Shown here in pieces: positions 56,284-64,000 of a stretch of 64,000 nucleotides of DNA (positions are counted from its first letter, which is position 1; each line of letters opens with the position of its first letter). Origin of the DNA: a virus. Taxonomy: Duplodnaviria > Caudoviricetes. Below the pieces are notes generated by a model that saw only the letters and a list, made by a program, of their open reading frames with translations, was not told where the DNA came from and made no database searches. Both the position numbers and the translations under genes were made by a program. Where the stretch lies: IMG/VR virus record IMGVR_UViG_3300009285_001197, positions 1,316 to 65,315 of that record. One strand, written 5' to 3'.

Positions 56284-58536
56284 TTATCTACCCCCACGCT
56301 CACGTTCATCCAGAATCACCTGGGACTTATTTATGGGGGTCTTGCCCCATAACATACCCCCACCACCCTGGTTACTCGATGCAGGGATAATTTTACCGTT
56401 AGCCTGCTTGAGAGTACGCCCATGCAGCCAGTCACGAGGGCCGTCACCCACAATCACCATATCTTGGGGGCTACTATCTTCGGGGGCTGGGTTCATGGAA
56501 AGGAAGTCCCACAGGGCACTAGAACTCTTACTGCCCTTATTCCCAAGCTTGTGCATAGCATCCATCAGCTGCTCGCGTGACAGGTTCTCAGGGGCTACAC
56601 CCTGGAGCTGTGCAGCCATACCCACCCACTTCTGAGCATCACGGAACTTGTCCGGGTCCACCTTGTCAGTCTTTGGGTCAAGCGCGTACTGTTCCAGGTG
56701 CTTGTCCATCTGCTCAAGCTTCTTGTCCCCACGCGCAGCCTTGCGTTCCTCCGCAGCACCCTCGGCAGACATACGCGCTATGTCCTGATTCCCCTTCTGT
56801 ATAGCCAGGCGCTCCTGGCGGTCTTGGTGAGCAAGCTGAGCGGCTGCCTGCCGCTCAGCACCCAGTCCCTGCGCACGCATCTGCTCCTTGTACACACCTG
56901 CCGGGTCGCGGACCATAGCCGCTGCTTTCAAACCAGCCTGCTGGTGAGCGTCCTGCACCGCCTGGGCCATACCCGGCAGGCCAGCAGCCTGACGCATGGC
57001 AAAGTCGAAATCACCCTTGTCACCCGAGCTGGCCCGAGCCATGATGCTTGCCTGCAGCCCAGCCTTCTCAGAGGCTGCGCGCTGCAGTGCTTCCTGGTGA
57101 GCTTGTGGATTACGCTGCTCCCAGGTCGTGCCGTCGCCAATGCCCGTGAAGTTGTTCAGCTTTCCATCCTTCCGGTTCGAAGTGCCATAGATTTCAGCAT
57201 TGTCACCGTACTGCAGACGACGCTGCTGGCCTGCTTCAAAACCACCTTTACCACCAGTCTGCTGTGACAACTGGTCAGCCTGCTGGTAGCTGAGCTTGGG
57301 TTGAGCAAGATCAGCACCGACCATGCCTGGTTGTGCACCGAGCCACTTGTTCTGACCACGTCCGATAGCAGCGCGCCCTTCGGCAGTGTAAAGGTCACCT
57401 GTACCTTGGGAACCGGTGCCAAGCGCCTGATAGGCTTCCTGGTCCATCGTAGCTGCCTGTTTGGCCTGCTCAGCAGCCTGCGCCTGAGCTTGTTGGTCTG
57501 GAACCACAGTTTTTTTAGAGGGGGTTGCGCTTCCGCCCAAATCATCATAGATTGATGTGGCAGCGCCACCACCTGCTGCCAGCGCAGCGCCACCGGCAAT
57601 AACTGGATGGGAATTCACTGAGGTGCGAAGTTGTGAGGCCAACCCTGGGTTTTTTGTAATCACCCCCGAGGCGTCCCTTCTAAAGCCCTGCTTCACACTG
57701 TTTGTACTCGCTGTAGCTGCATCGTCCCCTACCCCAGCAAAAGCGTTCTTTACTTTACCCCACGCGCCAGAAGCAAGTTTCTGCCCCCCAGCAAGTGCAG
57801 ATTTTCCAACAGAAGTAACAGCTTTAATCGAACCTGCACCCATACCAGCCTGCACCATCGGGTCTTGTTCAAACTCTTCTTGGGTGTTCCAACCGAGCTT
57901 TGGCTTGTTCTCAGGGGTGATTCCATCGAATAGCCCACTGGCATACCCCCCACCCGCTCTCAAACCAGCAGGTGCCTTCCCGTTCGTACGCTCGATAAAC
58001 TCCGGCAGGTTCTCACCTGTCGTCTGGTTGAGCAACTGACCAAGCGCGTGCGTAGACTTGCGCGGCAGGATAGCTTCCTCGCTCGACACCTTCACATCCA
58101 CGTTGTCTTTCTGCTCAGGGTCTACGCCGGGGATTACACCACCGCGATCTGACAGGTCAGGCACCTTGCCGTCACGGAAACCAGAACTCTGGTACAGGGC
58201 TGCATCTGATGGGGAGAGGGCTGCTTGCTCACGAGGGGTCAAACGACCACGCGTCCAGGTGGCAACTTGGGCAGGTGCAACGGGTGGGGAGCCTCTCAAG
58301 GCAGCTTGTGTCTCAGCGCTCATGGTGGAAATATCAGGACGCTGGGCTGCTGCGGGGGCAACCTGGACAGGTGCTAGGGGGGCTGATCCGTTAACAGCAG
58401 CATCGATCTGAGCGCCACGTTTACGCAAGGTATTGTAGACGGGCGGGACGAACCCGCCGTCATAGCGCCCCCCACTTTGCAACCCTTTTGCCTTGTAAAG
58501 ACCCTTGTTCTTAAATGCTTTCTGGATGTTGTTCAT
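56284..58536 (-). CDS. Internal virion/ejection protein
   Basis: 750 aa, Ala/Gln/Gly-rich; GGVIPG..DNVDVKVSSEEAILP motif. Confidence 0.7.
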   Translation of the reverse strand: MNNIQKAFKNKGLYKAKGLQSGGRYDGGFVPPVYNTLRKRGAQIDAAVNGSAPLAPVQVAPAAAQRPDISTMSAETQAALRGSPPVAPAQVATWTRGRLTPREQAALSPSDAALYQSSGFRDGKVPDLSDRGGVIPGVDPEQKDNVDVKVSSEEAILPRKSTHALGQLLNQTTGENLPEFIERTNGKAPAGLRAGGGYASGLFDGITPENKPKLGWNTQEEFEQDPMVQAGMGAGSIKAVTSVGKSALAGGQKLASGAWGKVKNAFAGVGDDAATASTNSVKQGFRRDASGVITKNPGLASQLRTSVNSHPVIAGGAALAAGGGAATSIYDDLGGSATPSKKTVVPDQQAQAQAAEQAKQAATMDQEAYQALGTGSQGTGDLYTAEGRAAIGRGQNKWLGAQPGMVGADLAQPKLSYQQADQLSQQTGGKGGFEAGQQRRLQYGDNAEIYGTSNRKDGKLNNFTGIGDGTTWEQRNPQAHQEALQRAASEKAGLQASIMARASSGDKGDFDFAMRQAAGLPGMAQAVQDAHQQAGLKAAAMVRDPAGVYKEQMRAQGLGAERQAAAQLAHQDRQERLAIQKGNQDIARMSAEGAAEERKAARGDKKLEQMDKHLEQYALDPKTDKVDPDKFRDAQKWVGMAAQLQGVAPENLSREQLMDAMHKLGNKGSKSSSALWDFLSMNPAPEDSSPQDMVIVGDGPRDWLHGRTLKQANGKIIPASSNQGGGGMLWGKTPINKSQVILDERERGGR

Positions 58537-58549
58537 TATTCGTACCCCG

Positions 58550-60448
58550 TTAAGCTGTTGATGTATCTATGTCCGCAGCAAGCGCGTTTAGCCCAGCAAG
58601 AGACGAACCTGCCATTGACGCGTACACCTCAGCAGCGCTAACCGCTACTTGCGCCGCGCTGGTCATGTACTGGTTATACCCGTTCATGGTTGCGACTGCT
58701 ATATGTGCGTTTGTGTTGTAGAGCCCTATTTGGTTACGCACAGTGGCCTCATATTCAGCCACCCTAGATTTGGCAGCTGCCTCCTGCGCACTGGCTAGTG
58801 CTACATAACCCTGTATTTCAGCACTATATGCTGATACTTCTGCCTTAACCGCCTCACTCGCACCTCCGACCAGTGCTGTGTAGGCCTGCACTGCCGCCCC
58901 GTAGGTTCTGTATGCGCCTTCGTTCTTGGCAGTAACGGCTTCTACTTCGGTCTTGTACGCTTGAATCTGTGTGGCGTACGCTTGCACCTCAGTGCTGTAC
59001 GCTTTCACTTCAGTCTCGTATGCGCCTAACTTGGCAGTCTCACCTTGAACTTGAGCAGTGAAGCCTTGCCACTCAGCCTGCTTCGCACCAACCTCAGCTG
59101 AGAACGCCTGTACCTCAGCATGGAAAATATCAACCTTCAACTTTTCGATGTTAGCTTTGGCAGCTACACCGTCAATCACAGCCTTATATGCGTTAGCGAG
59201 GGCAGCGTAAGCGTTAGCCTGCGCGCTGAAAGCATCAACTCTAGCGCGGTCAATGTTAACCTGCGCCTCAAGCGCCTTGACTTCCGCAAGGTACACGTCG
59301 TACACAGCCAGCACAGCCTTCAGGCGAATTTCGTATACTTGAGCCTCAGCTTTGTAAATCTCGATTCGCGCTACAGCTATTTTAACCATCGTTTCATACA
59401 GGGCAATCGCCGCCTGTAAAACGGATTTTGCATATTCAATGCTCTGCCCATTGAGTTGGATAAGATTACTAAACCAGCTCACCATTGCCTGCATCACAGC
59501 AGTCCTCAAGTTGGCTGACTGGGTAATGGCGAACTGGATATTGGTTTGCTCCATCTCAGCCTGTTTAATTGCAATGTCCATAGCTGCGCGAGCATTATTA
59601 TCTGCAGCGGATTGCCTGGACTGAGCGAGAGCGCTGTACTGTGCGCCGCCTGGGATAGTGAACCCCCTGCTTGCGCCATCCTTCATGATCTGATCACGCG
59701 CTTTCAGGTATTCGCCGTTGATCTTGTCACGTGCCCGGTTGTAGATTGCCTGCTCAACCTCTACTGGTAAAGCTGTACCGCCAGACATGTATGTTGACAG
59801 CTTGGCTTCAAGAGCGGCCATCTGCTTGTGGTACTCAGGGTTAATCTGCAGTAGGTGCGCATCCATCGCCCCATCCAGCGCGTTGCGCATACTCACCGAC
59901 ATGTCAGCGTAATCAGCTGCGAATTTCTCAGCAAAATCTGACGGAGCTAGAACGGTGGTATCAGGTGTAGCCGCCATGAACTCAGGTAAATCTACTGTTG
60001 GGGCGGGTGGGACTGTGATGTTTGTCAAAGTTGGCGGAATGAGGTTGAGTTCATACAGCGCATCCGGTGCAGGTGGAACATACAGGCTATCAAGCGTTGG
60101 CTTGGTGGCGTCAAGCTGGTGCAGCTCGGCTGGTATAATCGGAGTGCTAAACCCAGGATTAACCGCACTCAATACGGGCGGCTCCCCATACTCTGATGGA
60201 GGAACCAACTCCATAACTGGAGCTGCCCCAAATGTTTGTGCCGGAGCTTCGTAATGAAGCCCTGTGTACGCAGGAGCTGAGCCGATTGAGAAACTTGCAC
60301 CAGGGTTAGTTACGGTAAGTGTACCGTACCCGACGGTCATTGGTGATTTAAGACTACTTAACGCAGTCCCAAGTGCAGATGTGGCTGCACTGCTGAGATT
60401 ACTTGCGTTGTTCATCGCGGAATCAATTATGGTGGTAGCAATACTCAT
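58550..60448 (-). CDS. Coiled-coil virion protein
   Basis: 632 aa; ASRGFTIPGG motif and a long Ala/Tyr heptad-like region. Confidence 0.7.
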   Translation of the reverse strand: MSIATTIIDSAMNNASNLSSAATSALGTALSSLKSPMTVGYGTLTVTNPGASFSIGSAPAYTGLHYEAPAQTFGAAPVMELVPPSEYGEPPVLSAVNPGFSTPIIPAELHQLDATKPTLDSLYVPPAPDALYELNLIPPTLTNITVPPAPTVDLPEFMAATPDTTVLAPSDFAEKFAADYADMSVSMRNALDGAMDAHLLQINPEYHKQMAALEAKLSTYMSGGTALPVEVEQAIYNRARDKINGEYLKARDQIMKDGASRGFTIPGGAQYSALAQSRQSAADNNARAAMDIAIKQAEMEQTNIQFAITQSANLRTAVMQAMVSWFSNLIQLNGQSIEYAKSVLQAAIALYETMVKIAVARIEIYKAEAQVYEIRLKAVLAVYDVYLAEVKALEAQVNIDRARVDAFSAQANAYAALANAYKAVIDGVAAKANIEKLKVDIFHAEVQAFSAEVGAKQAEWQGFTAQVQGETAKLGAYETEVKAYSTEVQAYATQIQAYKTEVEAVTAKNEGAYRTYGAAVQAYTALVGGASEAVKAEVSAYSAEIQGYVALASAQEAAAKSRVAEYEATVRNQIGLYNTNAHIAVATMNGYNQYMTSAAQVAVSAAEVYASMAGSSLAGLNALAADIDTSTA

Positions 60449-61518
60449 TAGACGCCCCTCTGTGTCGGCGCTACATGTGCCGTGATTTCATCTAGCTCAA
60501 GTGAGCCGCCGTTGACATTCTTCACATCCAGGCTGTAGTGCACGCCCCTTATACCTTTACCAACGGTCGTCCTGTGGTTGGCACTGCCTGCCACCTCGCC
60601 CCAGTCAGACTCATACTCATACGTGTCACCTTCATCAGCCGTAACGCCGATTATAACGCCTCCGTCGCTGCGACCAGATACGTATACATAGGGTAAGCGC
60701 TTCTGGTTCTTGCTACCAAAATCGGTCATGAAGGTCTTGACGTGAGCCTCAATGGGAAGCGTCAGGTCAACCGCCCCGCCAATCTCGAACAGGCCGTCCG
60801 ACTTCACGCCGTAATACTTGTTTCCGAAGCGTAAGATATTGTCAAATGGGTAGTTAGTGTAGTGGCTCACTGCGCCTGTCGTCAGGTTGATGGCGTAGGC
60901 TTCGTATGCAAGTACGATGACTTCACCGCCAGATGCTGACAATGTAAATCTAGGTGCTACCAGCCAAGCCTGACCTGATGGTGCGGCAACCAATGACGGT
61001 GATGTCAGGAGCGCTGAACCATAGTTTTCTAATGACACCGCCGCTGATACACCGTAAGCCCCGGTTAGGATTAAGGTGACTGTCGCTACTCCGCCGGTTA
61101 CTGCACCAGCAATGACAGTGTATCTACCAGTTGTGGCTAAATTTGAAGTGGCTCCACCAAGTGAAAGCACGCCTACTGACGGTGCAACTAGGCTTGCTCG
61201 CCCGACAGAGCCTAAGTGCCCCGATGAGATGAGTTGGCACGCGGGGAGTTTGGCGTCCACCCTGCCGACAGCTAATACCGTCCCTGAAGCAACAAGTTCG
61301 CAGGCTGGTAGTTTTGCTGAAACATATCCGCCTGAGTTGGCAGTAATAAAAGCTGATGGGGCAGTTCCGATAAATCCGTCAGGATCGCGCAACGTAACGC
61401 TAGATTCAAGCACAAAGGCTGTTGTCAGTGACAATGACGCTGTGGCGTGACCTGTAGTGAGCAGATACGCATCAGGCACACTGGCCGAGCTAGTTACCGC
61501 TGCATCAAATATGTCCAT
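60448..61518 (-). CDS. Virion/tail structural protein
   Basis: 356 aa; YAINLTTGAVSHYTNYPF..TDFGSKNQKRL..VGKGIRG. Confidence 0.7.
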   Translation of the reverse strand: MDIFDAAVTSSASVPDAYLLTTGHATASLSLTTAFVLESSVTLRDPDGFIGTAPSAFITANSGGYVSAKLPACELVASGTVLAVGRVDAKLPACQLISSGHLGSVGRASLVAPSVGVLSLGGATSNLATTGRYTVIAGAVTGGVATVTLILTGAYGVSAAVSLENYGSALLTSPSLVAAPSGQAWLVAPRFTLSASGGEVIVLAYEAYAINLTTGAVSHYTNYPFDNILRFGNKYYGVKSDGLFEIGGAVDLTLPIEAHVKTFMTDFGSKNQKRLPYVYVSGRSDGGVIIGVTADEGDTYEYESDWGEVAGSANHRTTVGKGIRGVHYSLDVKNVNGGSLELDEITAHVAPTQRGV

Positions 61519-61530
61519 ACGATCCTCGCA

Positions 61531-64000
61531 TTACAGCCACCCACCAGACATGCTAAATGACCCAAAGCCGTAAGCAGCCGCCGAGCTGCCGTATTCACTA
61601 TACGCCCTATTCTGTTTGAACGCTTTATTAAACATACTACGATGCGAAGTTTTGCTCACAACAAGCCTATCTTCAAAGAGGCATGAATATGTAATTTTAT
61701 CATATGTTCCGCACGGCCCGCTGTAGCAAATCGCTATCCCGCCTTCTGGATTGGTTGATAGTTGCGTCTCGCCCAAACCCCCATAACTCTCTAAATCACC
61801 ATAGCCATATGCAAGTGTTTGGTGGGCTACACTGTACAAATTCGGCCCAAGAACTTGCGCCCCGCGAAAATCAACTAGGTAGTCAGGGACGACTATGTTT
61901 AACGTAGCAAATTCGGCTGCAATTTCCGTGGTCGTCGAAAACATACTTATTTTTTTAGACGGTATCCAGCATGCGCTTGCATAGGAAAAATCGTCATTAC
62001 CCCTACCTTGCATCTCAACAATCTTACCGTGCTCAAATACGACAAGCCCCTTCCATTCGGGCTTAGTTGGCGTCGGTTTAACATTAGTTAAAACAACCAT
62101 TGACAGTGATCGTAAATCGCACCCATTTACAGTTGAAGCCACGCTATTTGGGTAGGCAGTTTCTGACGCATATTGATACCACGTGCTATCAACGTAATGC
62201 GTATCTGTTCGTATGGCGCTAAATGGGTGGCTGCAACTATACTCGTAGCAGCCATTAGGGTCTTCAGCGCAGGGCTTACGCCTGATATAGCAAGACTCGT
62301 AGTAGCCCTCCGGCAATAGGTTTATCCCACCGTGAACATGCACGTCCAGTGCTGATCCGTCAAATGCTATAGGGTAAGGGACCGTTGGCACACTCGCGCA
62401 CTTGTCGTTGTAAACAACCCCTATTCCACCGTATACCCCAGCGGCCCCATAGGAATCCCCTAGCACACTATTATCGTACAAGCTGTACCCGGAACTACAC
62501 GCAAAACTTATAATCGCCTCGCCACCAGTTTTCACACGATACACACTAACTGTATGAGCATTATCTGGCCACGCCACTTTTTGCGAATGAGGTTCCGTTG
62601 ACGTGGTGTTATATGTATCAATCGACCCTGTAATTAAATCCCCACCACTAACCCCCAAGTTTTCTAACGCAGGGTGCTTGTATGCGTAGTCGGCGTTTAC
62701 ATACCACGCGCCTGTATCAAAATTGTTAACCGCCACGCTTGCCGACAGCACGCCTTCCGGCGAAACACCCATTGTTATACTGAGCTCAAGCAGGGCAGGG
62801 GTGAATGTGTGCGCATCGCTAAATCCTAAATTTGTGTCAAATAGTCCGCGAATAGTGTCGGGGACATGCGTGTCCATCATCCCATTGATAGGATATCTAG
62901 CTGCCCTCACTGCTTCAATATGTAAATTGTACGATCCCGAACCGTAGTTTCCAGTGCCTGGTGCAACCTGCTCTCTCACCAATATATTGCGAACACCCCT
63001 GTCATAGCCAACAATCCCGACTGCACGTAAACCGTCACTCCGAAAATTCCACAGCACCTGGTTCTGTTGATACTGCGCGCTTTGCGGAGCGGTAGACGCC
63101 CAAGCGTCTCCGCCTGGGATGCTTGTATTAGGTGTATAGGTGGACGTGTCAGCTGCGGCGGATTGCAGAATTGTCCACCCCGGTGAGCTGTATGAACCTG
63201 AACCGTATGGCGCAGTTAATTGGGTGGCAGATGTCGCCAATGCGCTGCCAATTGGCATATAGCTGGCTTGCGAAACCACTACGCAGTCAGTTGGCGGAAC
63301 GAATGTGATGTACCCTGACGTTGTAAGGAGTGTGAGGTTAGGATCAACGGGTACAGTGTCAGTCTTAAAAAAGTAAAAATTGTTGTAAGCGTCTGTGACA
63401 ATACTAACTTTTACATTATTTACAATGACCGTTGTGCCCCTACGCCACCAATTAGGGGGTGACAGTAGCACTGTGGCACTTTTTGACTTGTCCACAGCCT
63501 CAGTTGCGCACGCTGTCTGCCCAAGGTCATAGACTGTTTGCCTCACATCCCACCCAATATCACCAACCATGTGCCTGTTACTAAGAAGACCTTGCGACAT
63601 TGACAGTGAGTATGGTGGATGAGTGTCAGGACGGCAGTCTACCGCAACAGTCATAAGCGATGGTACGTCAACAACCTTGGGGGTCACACTTGTTGAGGTC
63701 GCCCAGTTTTGACGAAAAGTGTGCTTCTGGTTATTAAATGCGTTGTGAAGTAGCGCGCCATCTGCACCGTCAAAGGGGTGTGTCAGAGGGGCGGAGTTAA
63801 GCCCCGCCCACGAGCCAACCATTTTTGGCGTAATCACAGCTGAACCCATACAAACACGTGTTAAATGGCCACATGTATAGGGTTCCACGCCTGCACCAAC
63901 GAACGGCGGTGTTCCCGGACTATACCCGCCTGCCGGATATACCACCAGGTCAGACGTAAATAACTCGTAGGTTTTTCCGTCACCGCCTGACAAATGTATA
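61531..64000 (-). CDS. Large virion/tail protein, 3' part (start probably beyond the window)
   Basis: More than 820 codons open to the window edge; Ser/Thr/Tyr-rich. Confidence 0.65.
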   Translation of the reverse strand, partial: IHLSGGDGKTYELFTSDLVVYPAGGYSPGTPPFVGAGVEPYTCGHLTRVCMGSAVITPKMVGSWAGLNSAPLTHPFDGADGALLHNAFNNQKHTFRQNWATSTSVTPKVVDVPSLMTVAVDCRPDTHPPYSLSMSQGLLSNRHMVGDIGWDVRQTVYDLGQTACATEAVDKSKSATVLLSPPNWWRRGTTVIVNNVKVSIVTDAYNNFYFFKTDTVPVDPNLTLLTTSGYITFVPPTDCVVVSQASYMPIGSALATSATQLTAPYGSGSYSSPGWTILQSAAADTSTYTPNTSIPGGDAWASTAPQSAQYQQNQVLWNFRSDGLRAVGIVGYDRGVRNILVREQVAPGTGNYGSGSYNLHIEAVRAARYPINGMMDTHVPDTIRGLFDTNLGFSDAHTFTPALLELSITMGVSPEGVLSASVAVNNFDTGAWYVNADYAYKHPALENLGVSGGDLITGSIDTYNTTSTEPHSQKVAWPDNAHTVSVYRVKTGGEAIISFACSSGYSLYDNSVLGDSYGAAGVYGGIGVVYNDKCASVPTVPYPIAFDGSALDVHVHGGINLLPEGYYESCYIRRKPCAEDPNGCYEYSCSHPFSAIRTDTHYVDSTWYQYASETAYPNSVASTVNGCDLRSLSMVVLTNVKPTPTKPEWKGLVVFEHGKIVEMQGRGNDDFSYASACWIPSKKISMFSTTTEIAAEFATLNIVVPDYLVDFRGAQVLGPNLYSVAHQTLAYGYGDLESYGGLGETQLSTNPEGGIAICYSGPCGTYDKITYSCLFEDRLVVSKTSHRSMFNKAFKQNRAYSEYGSSAAAYGFGSFSMSGGWL

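Noticed and set aside
1-64000. tRNA or rRNA genes
   Set aside because: No convincing cloverleaf with a GTTCRA T-loop and acceptor stem was seen by eye; a tRNAscan run would be needed to exclude them fully.

Overview
The window is most of a circularly permuted, temperate tailed-phage genome with podovirus-like organisation, probably infecting a beta/gamma-proteobacterium (inferred from the spanins, an IHF site and an H-NS-like gene). The minus strand carries packaging, head, tail and lysis genes (23270 down to 1, continuing from 64000 down to 47983). These include TerS, an intein-containing TerL, portal, scaffold, an N4-gp56/DUF4043-like major capsid protein, tail fibres, holin, a DUF5675-like endolysin candidate, Rz/Rz1 and a ~2620-aa polyvalent-type ejection protein. 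The plus strand (23.5-47.6 kb) carries early and replication genes: primase-helicase, a Cas4-like nuclease, dCMP deaminase, SNF2 helicase, family-B DNA polymerase, a 3'-5' exonuclease, a probable SSB, Xis, a tyrosine integrase and an intact-looking attP. The main unusual features are: (1) a phage-borne array of integron-type attC gene cassettes (30.9-34.1 kb) with every ORF inverted relative to the attC sites and no IntI in the window; (2) a TerL intein whose homing endonuclease (EndoVII/HNH) is a separate, RBS-bearing ORF in another reading frame; (3) a promoter-driven candidate ncRNA closed by a perfect 26-bp stem; (4) a truncated H-NS-like moron beside attP; (5) a recurrent phage-specific promoter motif. 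All family assignments come from motif recognition by eye, not from database searches.
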